From a bacterium (GTDB lineage: Bacteria; Bdellovibrionota_C; UBA2361; CALJRW01), in assembly GCA_031385045.1 (NCBI GenBank), contig JANNBC010000016.1, positions 15,375 to 79,374 of the forward strand: DNA of 64,000 nt. The letters are read 5' to 3'. Of this stretch, positions 29,950 through 38,971 are shown piece after piece. The notes below the pieces were generated by a model. It was not told the origin of the DNA, searched no databases, and saw only the letters and a list, made by a program, of their open reading frames with translations. Every line of letters starts with the position of its first letter. Positions within the stretch are counted from its first letter, which is position 1. The translations under genes and the position numbers were made by a program.

Positions 29950-30555
29950 ATGAAACTACTTAAACTGTTTCTAATTACCCTTACAGTCTTTGCCGTATCT
30001 TGCGGAGATTCCGTCAGAAACGATAATGGCGTTAGCTTTACATTCTTTGGTTGGTTCCAAGATGATGCTGGTGATGTCAGTGCTACCTTTGGCAGATTTG
30101 CATTAGAAGGTAACGGTATTGCAACTGGCACTGAAGTTTATGCGGGATTACAAAACAACCTTTCTGGTCAATTCATCATCGTGGAAAGAGCCTACCATAC
30201 GTACACTGTTCCAGGCTCAGCAATAAGAATTCCTTCAACATCTGTTGGGGTATCTTCTTTAGTTCGCCCTGGCCCAGTTAGTACAACGATTGGGAACACA
30301 ACGTTACCAAACAATGCGCTTACAGACACTAATGCCACTTACGCCGGTACTAACCTTATGCCTGCAACAATTGGTCAATTTATCTCCCTAAACAGAGATC
30401 AGTTACCAAGACTTCCTTTTCAAATGGTTGTTTCAACTTATTTTGAAGGTGTAACTTCAGCCGGAAGAAGAATCAAATCAAATCCAATTCAATTTGAAAT
30501 TGAGGTTGTATCTGATATGAACATCGGTGGTGCAGCAGAGGATCCAGCGGCTTAA
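29950..30555 (+). CDS. lipoprotein, unknown function (immediately downstream of pilQ)
   Basis: Lipobox 'LTVFAVSCG'. GGAGA lies 8 nt upstream of ATG 29950. No recognisable domain. Confidence 0.65.
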   Translation: MKLLKLFLITLTVFAVSCGDSVRNDNGVSFTFFGWFQDDAGDVSATFGRFALEGNGIATGTEVYAGLQNNLSGQFIIVERAYHTYTVPGSAIRIPSTSVGVSSLVRPGPVSTTIGNTTLPNNALTDTNATYAGTNLMPATIGQFISLNRDQLPRLPFQMVVSTYFEGVTSAGRRIKSNPIQFEIEVVSDMNIGGAAEDPAA

Positions 30556-30611
30556 TTTTTTAGCAACTGATTATTTTAATGAAGAATATTTTTTTAATGA
30601 GGAAGGCTCTA

Positions 30612-31598
30612 ATGAATAAGAAATTATTTCTAATTCTACTTACCATGGTATCAGTGGCAACAGTTGCCTGTAACAGTGGTAAGACTGCTGATAGTGGGGA
30701 TACTGATTTGTCATCAATCTTTGTTTCGGACAATGGCAATACGGGTCGAGTTCAAATCGATCTCTCAACTACTGAGATTCCAGTAGCAGGTACAGCATCT
30801 TTTCATGTATCAGCAATTGGCGTTGATGGTCAGGCAGTTACTAATGTCAGAATTGTTTGTGATACAGAAAATGATTTAAGAATTATCGAGCCTAGCTCAG
30901 GTACCTTTTACACTGCAGGTTATGGATCTGCTAGTGGAGTTATTGGATGTGAAGACAACGGTAGCTTTCTTTTCGCTTGTAGTTTAGGCGATGGGCCAAC
31001 TTTAAGAGATACTGTCTTAGTTAAGTGCCAAGGAACAAGACCGATTGGATTCGCTGGATTTCCAGGATCGTTTGGTGGTGGTTTAGGCAATGGTGTTAGT
31101 GACATCGGTAGCGATGAAGAAGATCCAGACAATACCGGATTTACAGTTCGTTTAACTAGCGTTGAATTTATTGAATTGGGAAGCCCAACTAGCTCAATCG
31201 ATATTCAGCAAGGACAAAACTGTGATGGTGATGTTACAACTAATGATCCAGAGCCGTTCTCGGATGCTTCAGTAAGATTTACTGTAAGCAATAGCACGGA
31301 ACAGATTGTTCGTTATACCTCATACAGCTATGAAGTTTTAGACTTGGATGGAAGCGTTGTTGATGAGTCTCCAGTGCTAAATCTTATTGGTGAAGCAGTT
31401 GGTGGAGGTTCTTCTGGGACATTTACAGGTTTATTTGGCTTCGCTAATGGTGGTGTTAAATCTGTACCAGGAAATAGCAATTTTACTTCCGGATTTAAAA
31501 ATATCAGATTTACTCTGTATGGAACTCTTTCTGATGGAAGTCAGCAAGATATTACTGCTAGCCAGGCTGGAAGTTTTAACAATTTCAACAATTGTTAG
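30612..31598 (+). CDS. lipoprotein, unknown function, Gly/Ser-rich with beta-rich (Ig-like?) segments
   Basis: Lipobox 'VSVATVACNSG'. AGGAAGG lies upstream of ATG 30612. The ORF track starts at 30579. Confidence 0.65.
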   Translation: MNKKLFLILLTMVSVATVACNSGKTADSGDTDLSSIFVSDNGNTGRVQIDLSTTEIPVAGTASFHVSAIGVDGQAVTNVRIVCDTENDLRIIEPSSGTFYTAGYGSASGVIGCEDNGSFLFACSLGDGPTLRDTVLVKCQGTRPIGFAGFPGSFGGGLGNGVSDIGSDEEDPDNTGFTVRLTSVEFIELGSPTSSIDIQQGQNCDGDVTTNDPEPFSDASVRFTVSNSTEQIVRYTSYSYEVLDLDGSVVDESPVLNLIGEAVGGGSSGTFTGLFGFANGGVKSVPGNSNFTSGFKNIRFTLYGTLSDGSQQDITASQAGSFNNFNNC

Positions 31599-31635
31599 TC
31601 CTGCTTGAGTTTTAGGCAAAATTAAACTATTAATA

Positions 31636-31666
31636 AAAGCCGTTTCAACACGGCTTTTTTTATTTT
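31636..31666 (+). terminator. intrinsic terminator after the pilQ/lipoprotein unit
   Basis: AAAGCCG-TTTCAACA-CGGCTTT followed by TTTTTATTTT. Confidence 0.75.
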
Positions 31667-31678
31667 CCCTATCAGACA

Positions 31679-32161
31679 ATGAACTTAAAAGATTTACAAA
31701 AGATTATTGATATACTTAAAGAGAGTGACGTTAATGAATTCCATCTAGAAGAAGAAGGAACTTCGATTAAGTTAATTCGTGGTGTTTCTTTTGCGACACA
31801 GTCACAAGTAAATACCTACGCAACTCCGCAGTACGCTCAGCAACAACAGCAAATGCCCACAAGTGTAACTGTTAATGTTCCGGTCAATGCAGTTACTGAA
31901 GCGATCAAGGAAGATGAAGGTTTATTTAAGGTAGAGTCTCCAATAGTTGGAACTTTTTTCCGGAAGCCTTCACCAGATAGTCCATCCTTTGCCGAGGTTG
32001 GTAAGGTTGTGAAAAAAGGAGACAAGCTTTGTATCATCGAAGCGATGAAGTTAATGAACGAAATTGATGCACCAATTTCTGGAACAATTGAAAAAATCTT
32101 AGCGCAAGACGGACAGGTAGTGGAGTTTGGTGAGCCACTATTCTTAATTAGACCTTCTTAA
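31679..32161 (+). CDS. accB: acetyl-CoA carboxylase biotin carboxyl carrier protein
   Basis: 160 aa. Biotinylation motif '[12 protein letters not shown]'. Confidence 0.93.
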   Translation: MNLKDLQKIIDILKESDVNEFHLEEEGTSIKLIRGVSFATQSQVNTYATPQYAQQQQQMPTSVTVNVPVNAVTEAIKEDEGLFKVESPIVGTFFRKPSPDSPSFAEVGKVVKKGDKLCIIEAMKLMNEIDAPISGTIEKILAQDGQVVEFGEPLFLIRPS

Positions 32162-32181
32162 CCTGATCAAACAAAAATAAT

Positions 32182-33546
32182 ATGTCTGAACCAACTAAGT
32201 TTAATAAAATCTTAATTGCTAACCGTGGAGAAATTGCTCTTCGTGTTATTAGAGCCTGCCATGAGTTAGGAATTAAAACAGTAGCAGTCCATTCTCAAGC
32301 GGACGTAGATGCGCTTCACGTTAAGTTAGCAACTGAGTCTATTTGCATTGGACCAGCATCGGCAAAATTAAGTTACTTAAATATCCCATCGGTAGTTTCT
32401 GCTGCTGTGGCAACAGGGGCAGATGCGATTCACCCCGGGTATGGATTCTTAAGTGAAAACTCCAAATTTGCTGAGGTTTGTGCCTCTTGTGGTATTACCT
32501 TTATTGGCCCAAATGTTAAAAATATGCGCATGATGGGTGACAAGGCTCGTGCTCGTAGAGCCGCAGAAAAAGCAGGTGTACCAACAATTCCGGGTATTAG
32601 TGAAGGCTTAATTGATGCTAAATCTGCTCTGCCGATCGCTGAGGGCATTGGATATCCAGTACTATTAAAAAGCTGTGCCGGAGGCGGTGGTCGTGGAATG
32701 AAAATTGTTCATAATTCTGATGAATTTGAGAATTTATTTAATACAGCTGCTCGCGAAGTCGAAGCAGCTTTTGGCGATCCAAGTCTAATCATTGAGAAAT
32801 TTCTTCCACGAGTTAGACACATTGAAGTTCAAATCGCTGGTGATAAATTTGGTAATGTAGTTCATCTAGGAATCAGAGACTGTTCCATGCAACGTCGCTA
32901 TCAAAAACTAGTTGAAGAGTCCCCGTCAATCGGTCTACCAATGGAGCTTCAAGAGCAGATCCAAAATGCAGCTGTAGAGCTCGGAAGATCTGCCAATTAC
33001 ACCAATGTCGGAACGGTGGAATTTTTAGCTGATCTAGAAAACAATAAATTTTATTTTATTGAAATGAATACCAGATTACAGGTAGAACATCCTGTAACTG
33101 AGATGGCTACTGGAATTGATTTAGTAAAAGAACAAATTAGTCTTGCAGCTGGCAATCCTTTAAGTAAGACGCAGGATCAAATCATCCCAACAGGGCATAC
33201 GATTGAAGTAAGGATTAACGCTGAGGATTCCAGAACCTATGTACCTTCACCTGGTAAAATCACTAGTTTTCATGCTCCGGGTGGCTTTGGAGTTAGGGTT
33301 GATTCCGCGATTTATCATGGTTATGTGGTTCAGCCACACTATGATTCTATGATTGCTAAATTAATTGTCAAAGCAGATACTAGAGAGAAATGTATTAACA
33401 AAGCACTAGTTGCTCTTGATGAATTTATTATTGAAGGAATCAAGACAAATATTGAAATGCAACGTCGGATTCTATTAAACGCAGATTTCCGTAGCGGTAA
33501 TTTTTATACCAAATATTTAGATAGTGTTGATTTATTTGCCAGCTAA
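32182..33546 (+). CDS. accC: acetyl-CoA carboxylase biotin carboxylase subunit
   Basis: 454 aa. 'KILIANRGEIALRVIRAC', 'GGGGRGM' and 'EMNTRLQVEHPVTE'. Confidence 0.97.
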   Translation: MSEPTKFNKILIANRGEIALRVIRACHELGIKTVAVHSQADVDALHVKLATESICIGPASAKLSYLNIPSVVSAAVATGADAIHPGYGFLSENSKFAEVCASCGITFIGPNVKNMRMMGDKARARRAAEKAGVPTIPGISEGLIDAKSALPIAEGIGYPVLLKSCAGGGGRGMKIVHNSDEFENLFNTAAREVEAAFGDPSLIIEKFLPRVRHIEVQIAGDKFGNVVHLGIRDCSMQRRYQKLVEESPSIGLPMELQEQIQNAAVELGRSANYTNVGTVEFLADLENNKFYFIEMNTRLQVEHPVTEMATGIDLVKEQISLAAGNPLSKTQDQIIPTGHTIEVRINAEDSRTYVPSPGKITSFHAPGGFGVRVDSAIYHGYVVQPHYDSMIAKLIVKADTREKCINKALVALDEFIIEGIKTNIEMQRRILLNADFRSGNFYTKYLDSVDLFAS

Positions 33547-33553
33547 ATTACTA

Positions 33554-34576
33554 ATGAAGAATTTAAGCATTAGGTTTTTGGTATTATTTTCTCTATCGTT
33601 TTTTTTATCTTCTAAAGTAATTGCAGAGATAGAGCCATTAGTTTCCACAATTAAAGTTAGTAGCTCTAGTTTTGATTTTGGAAATGTCCTCGAAGGTGAA
33701 AAGGTTACCGCTCATTTTCAAATTGAAAATACTGGTAACGCTCCATTAAATATTATTAATTTTATTCCAAGTTGTGGTTGCCTAGTTGCAAAGCTTGATT
33801 CGCAAATAATTCCCGCAGGTGCCATATTACCTATCTCCGCTGAGTTTGATACTCGGGGGTTTTCTGGTTTTCAGTCACAGCAAATTGCTTTTAACACCGA
33901 TAACCTAGAGCAAAAACAAGTTCTTTTTACAATCCAAGGAAATGTTGAGCCAGAGTTACTAGTTGAGCCAGATAAGATTTTTATTTCTCAAATCGCACCT
34001 CAAGAACTACTAAATTCTCCTGAGCTTAAATTCAAAGTCTCTGTTAATACTAAGAGTAAAGCTACAATCACTGATTTAATTGATCTTAGTCAGCTAGTAG
34101 AAATAAAAGATTTAAAAATATCTTCAAAGCAAGCTACCTTTGTTGCTAAGTATTTATTGCCTACAAAATCAGGACTATTTCGTGACCGCCTATCAATTAT
34201 TTTAAAGGATGGTAGTCAAAAAAGCTATAACGTCCCAATTTTTATTAAGGTCGAGGATCAATTAGAGATTACACCGCCGGCCTTGTCTTTCGGACTAATT
34301 CAGCCAGGTGGTAAGATTACTAAGAAATTAAAAATTAAATTTCAAAAAGAATTGCAACTAAAGATCCTTAGTCTGACATCAGAAAACCCAGCTATTTCAG
34401 CAGAGCTTGATCCAAAGTTATCTAACGATAATACTTTGGTTGTAAACGTAACGATCGATCCGGATCAGGTTCAAGAGAATATTTTAACTGATTTGATACT
34501 TACTACAAATCAAGCTGATTTATCTGAGCTTCGGGTAAATGTATTTGCAACAATTCCTCCAATCTTGGAAGATTAG
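33554..34576 (+). CDS. secreted DUF1573-like (ASH/PapD-like beta-sandwich) repeat protein
   Basis: Signal peptide. 'FDFGNVLEGEKVTAHFQIENTGNAPLNI....PSCGC' is the typical DUF1573 core. Start taken at ATG 33554; the ORF track starts at 33524. Confidence 0.7.
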   Translation: MKNLSIRFLVLFSLSFFLSSKVIAEIEPLVSTIKVSSSSFDFGNVLEGEKVTAHFQIENTGNAPLNIINFIPSCGCLVAKLDSQIIPAGAILPISAEFDTRGFSGFQSQQIAFNTDNLEQKQVLFTIQGNVEPELLVEPDKIFISQIAPQELLNSPELKFKVSVNTKSKATITDLIDLSQLVEIKDLKISSKQATFVAKYLLPTKSGLFRDRLSIILKDGSQKSYNVPIFIKVEDQLEITPPALSFGLIQPGGKITKKLKIKFQKELQLKILSLTSENPAISAELDPKLSNDNTLVVNVTIDPDQVQENILTDLILTTNQADLSELRVNVFATIPPILED

Positions 34577-34616
34577 TTTTTAAAAGCAAAATCCTTAGTT
34601 GGAATTTGAAAAAGAT

Positions 34617-36278
34617 ATGTACTACTTGCGATCATTAATTTTATTATTATTGTTATTAGTCAGTAGTGCTAACTTGTCCTTTGCTGACAAAGTCACAATT
34701 TATAATTTAGATTTTGCATACTCGATTGAATCACAAATTGATTCTGAGCAGAAGGAAATTAAAATTGGAGACTACTCTAAGATTATTAAAATCAGTAATC
34801 TGCATGATTTTATTGTTGAGCACTATTTCTTCCACACTAATACCGAATATAGCTTTGCCGAGCTTCGCGATTTTCTAAAGGCTTCTGTAACTGATAACAG
34901 ACCCTCCTTGGTAGCTTATATTATTAAAAAAGCAACCTTACAGCGTGACTGGACTTTCGCTCAAGCATCGGAGATGTTCTCTCTCTTAACTCCAGAATTT
35001 ATCGCCCAAATTGCTAAAAAAGATCAGTTTGAACTTGATTATCAACTGAGTAAGCGGACCAATGTAGGCAAGTATTTTCTTTTAATTGCCACTGAACATT
35101 ACTCCGATAGCTTCTTAAGGAATTGTTGCTCTAAGCCTTTTAATTTATTACCTTCGGTCGCTTTCTACTTGAGGCAGAAGCTTTCACTAGGAAATTCCCC
35201 AGTAGAAATAATTAATGATTTTTACCGTAAGAAATCAGAAATCTTAAGTAATGAAGATTTAAAAACAATTGAAAAAATCCTTTCATATCTGCAGGTCATG
35301 GGTCAGTTAAACTCGAGCTTTCCAAAGACCTATGAAACTATCAAGAAAGAATATCCTAGCTATTTTTCTGAGCTGAAAGAATTTTTCTTGGTTCTTAGAC
35401 AACAAGCCCTAGATCAAGCAATTAAACTGAAGAACTTTCAGCTAGCATTTGATTTATTACTTTTGCAGGATGTTAAAGAGCGCACCGAAGATACCCACAA
35501 GCTTGTAAAAGACTTGTTACAAGAACTTGATTTAGGCTTTGCTCCGCTATTAATTATTGACCCCTATAAATCTTACCTTAAAACTATTGCCGAGAAAGAT
35601 TATCAGGTTAAAGAAGCTGTGATTGCCGCACTAGAAAAAGTAGTCAAAGGCCTAGTTGATTCAGGGAAAGTTTTTGAATCGAAGGAATACCTTCCCGAAA
35701 TCTTCTTGTATCGGGAGAATCCAAATTCTGAAAATACTAAATTAGTTTTTTTATTAATTAAAGAACTGGATCGGGGTGGGCTTCGAGATCAGATCTACCT
35801 ACTTCGAGATACTTACGAATTAAATTATTCGGTCGGGCAAAAATTTTGGTTTTTTAAGCGAGGCTATTATTTTAGCTTATTATTTATCTGGGCTTTCCTA
35901 GCTATAATTATTGCCTTCTTTATCCTTGTTTACTTTAAAATTATTAAAATAGATAAGTACCAGATTTTCCTTAAGAAGCTTTTAAAAGATTTAATTAGTA
36001 TTAAACCAGTTATCACAAAAGGCCCGGCGAATCAGTTTAATCACCAATTTGATCAGTTAAACAGTGATCGCCAAAAGTTCAAATCCATGCTGAAGTATTT
36101 TGAGATGACTGAAAAATCTACTTTAGAACAAATTAAAAGTAACTATCGTAAAAAGATCAAAGCTTATCACCCTGATTTAAATCCAAATCAAAGTGAAATA
36201 GATAAAGCAAGATTTCTAGAAATAACGGAACGCTATGAAGAATTGCTTGGCCTATACTCTCGTTTTGGTCCTAAGTAG
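34617..36278 (+). CDS. membrane protein with a C-terminal J (DnaJ) domain
   Basis: N-terminal signal/TM, an internal TM (YFSLLFIWAFLAIIIAFFILVYF), and a C-terminal J domain 'IKSNYRKKIKAYHPDLNPN' containing the HPD motif. Confidence 0.75.
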   Translation: MYYLRSLILLLLLLVSSANLSFADKVTIYNLDFAYSIESQIDSEQKEIKIGDYSKIIKISNLHDFIVEHYFFHTNTEYSFAELRDFLKASVTDNRPSLVAYIIKKATLQRDWTFAQASEMFSLLTPEFIAQIAKKDQFELDYQLSKRTNVGKYFLLIATEHYSDSFLRNCCSKPFNLLPSVAFYLRQKLSLGNSPVEIINDFYRKKSEILSNEDLKTIEKILSYLQVMGQLNSSFPKTYETIKKEYPSYFSELKEFFLVLRQQALDQAIKLKNFQLAFDLLLLQDVKERTEDTHKLVKDLLQELDLGFAPLLIIDPYKSYLKTIAEKDYQVKEAVIAALEKVVKGLVDSGKVFESKEYLPEIFLYRENPNSENTKLVFLLIKELDRGGLRDQIYLLRDTYELNYSVGQKFWFFKRGYYFSLLFIWAFLAIIIAFFILVYFKIIKIDKYQIFLKKLLKDLISIKPVITKGPANQFNHQFDQLNSDRQKFKSMLKYFEMTEKSTLEQIKSNYRKKIKAYHPDLNPNQSEIDKARFLEITERYEELLGLYSRFGPK

Positions 36279-36499
36279 TGCTCTGTTTCTAAGCCTTCTT
36301 GCCATATTTAAATTTGCTAAGCAGTACTCTTTTCTTGGTGCTAAAAGAATCCCTCGCCAAATTTGTTGCTGATTAGAGTAGTTTTCTGTTTCTAGTTTTT
36401 GTAAGTTATTCATACAATTTATATTGCAAAAAACATGCCAGTAATTAACCACAGCAAGCCTTATTAAACTGTATCTTCGTGTAGAAAAACTCCCCTATG

Positions 36500-36640
36500 C
36501 TGTTGAGTTTTTCAGCAAGTAAAGCTAGTCTTATCCTGGGCAAGGCGCGAGGTAGCTTGCGAAACTGGTCAGATTCGGAAGGAAGCAGCCATAAGCGAAT
36601 CCTACTTGTGTTGCTTTGCCCGCTTTCGCTGAAGCTTCAG
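36500..36640 (+). ncRNA. ffs: signal recognition particle RNA (4.5S/SRP RNA); boundaries approximate
   Basis: 36567-36590 GGTCAGATTCGGAAGGAAGCAGCC matches the universally conserved helix-8 motif (E. coli GGUCAGGUCCGGAAGGAAGCAGCC) with the GGAA tetraloop. Flanking arms pair: GGGCAAGG with CTTTGCCC, AAAGC with GCTTT, and TTCAGC with GCTGAA. It lies upstream of dnaX-ybaB-recR, a common position. Confidence 0.8.
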
Positions 36641-36826
36641 CGTGGTAAACCCGTTTTCTCACCTTTTGGTACACACTAGATTTTGCTATTCAATAGCTAG
36701 GTCTATTGTGTCCCAAAAGGGTAGAATCACGCCGAAGCTTGTTAGATTATTATATCTGCAAAAAACTTTAGAGCGAAGGCGGATTGCTCATAGTATATAG
36801 GTCTTTTCTTTTGTATAATCTTCCAC

Positions 36827-38473
36827 ATGTCCTATCTGGTAATTGCTCGTAAGTATCGTCCAGAAGCATTCTCTGAAGTTAGTGGTCAGATTCATGTGAC
36901 AAAAACACTGGCTAATGCGATTAATCGGAATAAGGTTGCCCATGCCTACCTCTTTTGTGGGCCTAGAGGAGTTGGTAAGACTTCCATCGCCCGTATATTT
37001 GCTAAATCTTTAAATTGTGAGCAGGGACCAACTGCCACACCATGTTTAAAATGTAGTAACTGTACCGAAATCAAAGCAGGTAAGAGCCTAGCAGTGAGAG
37101 AAATTGACGGAGCCTCTCATAATAGTGTTGATGATGTAAGAGATTTAATTGATAATTTCAGAACACTACCACCTCCCAATTCAAAGCATAAGATTTATAT
37201 CATCGATGAAGTGCACATGTTAAGCACCGCCGCATTTAATGCTTTGCTAAAAAGCTTAGAAGAGCCACCACCAAATACTATCTTTATTTTAGCGACAACA
37301 GAAGCTCATAAGATTTTACCAACAGTGCTTTCTAGATGTCAGCGATTTGATTTACGTGCATTACCAATTGATGAAGTCCAATCCTGCTTACAGGCAATTT
37401 GCCGCGAAGAAAAAGTTAAGATTTCTGGCGAGTCTTTGCGGATGATTGCTCGCTTATCAGATGGATCGCTTCGCGATGCTCAGTCATTACTAGAACGGGT
37501 CTTAGCATTTTCCAATGATGATGTCTCACTTGATGATACGGCGCTAGCCCTTGGGACAGTAGGTAAAAATCAATTGCTACTACTTTCTCAAGCAATTTTT
37601 AATCGTGATGTAGAAACAGCCCTTGGTAAATTATCAGAAGTATTTTCTACCGGCCTTGATTCCAGTTTGTTCTTAAAAGAATTTGTAACTCATTGGCAGG
37701 AACTCTTAATTGCTAAGTTTGCTGGCAAGAAAGAACTAGTAGCGCTTGGCATCGAAGAAGATTGCCAGGCAGAATTACTAAGACAAGTGGAGTCTATTAA
37801 TAAAAGTGATTTACAAGACTTGGTAGATCTAGCAAGAAAAGGTGCCGATCAAGCACTCCGCAGTTCTTATCTAAAATTTTCTTTAGAAAGTTTAATTGTT
37901 CGTTTGGCAACAAGAGTTCCAATCTTAGATTTCGCAGAAGTCTTAAATACACTAAGTACTGGGCAGTCAGTTCAAAAAAAAAAGCCAGTAGCAATTCCTG
38001 AGATTAAAAATAAGCCAGAATTTATTCCGCAATCTCCGATTACTTCACCTGCTCCGACACTTGTTCCACAACCAACTCCTAGTGTTACTACCGAATATAC
38101 CTGGAAAGATTTTATTGATTATGTTGGTAAGATTTCCCAACCATTAATGCTGGAGAGCCTAAAAAGAATTTCGGTAGAGCGGTTTGTGCACCCACAACTA
38201 CAAGCTAGTGGTAATGACTTAAGTCTTAGGTACTTTAACAACCAAGCAAATATTATTAAGTTAAAAACAATCCTTAAGGATTTCACAAAACTTGATGACT
38301 GGCACATTAAGTTAACCTTAGCCCAACAGGCAGATTATATTCCAGGCAGTGTTCAACACCAAGAAGCCAAAAGTCGCTTTAAGGATAAGCAAAATCGTAT
38401 AGCTGAAATCTTAGAAGACCCTAACGTTAAAGCAATGAAAGAGCTTTTTCCTGGAAGTGAAATCGATCGATAA
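36827..38473 (+). CDS. dnaX: DNA polymerase III subunit tau/gamma
   Basis: 548 aa. 'HAYLFCGPRGVGKTS', the zinc module 'C..C..C..C', and 'SRCQRFDL'. Confidence 0.96.
   Translation: MSYLVIARKYRPEAFSEVSGQIHVTKTLANAINRNKVAHAYLFCGPRGVGKTSIARIFAKSLNCEQGPTATPCLKCSNCTEIKAGKSLAVREIDGASHNSVDDVRDLIDNFRTLPPPNSKHKIYIIDEVHMLSTAAFNALLKSLEEPPPNTIFILATTEAHKILPTVLSRCQRFDLRALPIDEVQSCLQAICREEKVKISGESLRMIARLSDGSLRDAQSLLERVLAFSNDDVSLDDTALALGTVGKNQLLLLSQAIFNRDVETALGKLSEVFSTGLDSSLFLKEFVTHWQELLIAKFAGKKELVALGIEEDCQAELLRQVESINKSDLQDLVDLARKGADQALRSSYLKFSLESLIVRLATRVPILDFAEVLNTLSTGQSVQKKKPVAIPEIKNKPEFIPQSPITSPAPTLVPQPTPSVTTEYTWKDFIDYVGKISQPLMLESLKRISVERFVHPQLQASGNDLSLRYFNNQANIIKLKTILKDFTKLDDWHIKLTLAQQADYIPGSVQHQEAKSRFKDKQNRIAEILEDPNVKAMKELFPGSEIDR
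37974..38001 (+). other. putative dnaX recoding signal: an A10 run containing an in-frame A_AAA_AAG heptamer, with a -1-frame TGA five codons downstream
   Basis: The zero frame reads ..GTT CAA AAA AAA AAG CCA.. The -1 frame after the slip reads GCC AGT AGC AAT TCC TGA (stop at 37999-38001). Confidence 0.45.
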
Positions 38474-38618
38474 ATTTACTGTTTTTCTATTAAATTTACA
38501 CTTAATCAGTGGCATCTAGACTAGCCAAATTAATCCTACAGTGCTAAATTTTACTTACTGATGCAGGGCAAATTTTCTTTCTGCCATGCTTTAAATGATA
38601 ATTTTTTTGGTACTAGTT

Positions 38619-38966
38619 ATGAACAAAGGAAGAGGTGGATTTCCAGGTGGTGGCGGTGGTGGAGTTGGTGATTTAATCAACCAAGCCAAGCAAATGCAAG
38701 CTAAATTAGAAGCTGCGCATGGTGAAGCACAACAATATTCTGAAGAAGGTCAGTCTGGTGGTGGAATGGTGAAAGTTGTTGCTAAAGGTGACAATAAGAT
38801 CGTTAGCGTTACAATTAATCCAGAAGTGCTTGATCCCAATGATGTGGAAATGTTACAGGATATGATTTTAGCTGCAACTAATGATGCCTTAACAAAAGTT
38901 CAAGCCAAGGTTCAAGGTGTTCTAACAAACATCACTGGCGGGATGAGCATTCCAGGGCTATTCTAA
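38619..38966 (+). CDS. ybaB: nucleoid-associated protein YbaB/EbfC
   Basis: 'MQAKLEAAHGEAQ...GGGMVKVVAKGDNKIVSVTINPEVLDP.DVEMLQDMILAATNDAL'. Start at ATG 38619; the ORF track starts at 38595. Confidence 0.9.
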   Translation: MNKGRGGFPGGGGGGVGDLINQAKQMQAKLEAAHGEAQQYSEEGQSGGGMVKVVAKGDNKIVSVTINPEVLDPNDVEMLQDMILAATNDALTKVQAKVQGVLTNITGGMSIPGLF

Positions 38967-38971
38967 ACTTA

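Noticed and set aside
36252-36452. 66-aa minus-strand ORF overlapping the 3' end of the J-domain gene
   Set aside because: It is short, overlaps a supported gene and has no motif. It is likely spurious.
36497-36679. 60-aa ORF between the J-domain gene and dnaX
   Set aside because: It coincides with the SRP RNA, whose conserved GGTCAGATTCGGAAGGAAGCAGCC motif lies inside it. The RNA gene explains the region.
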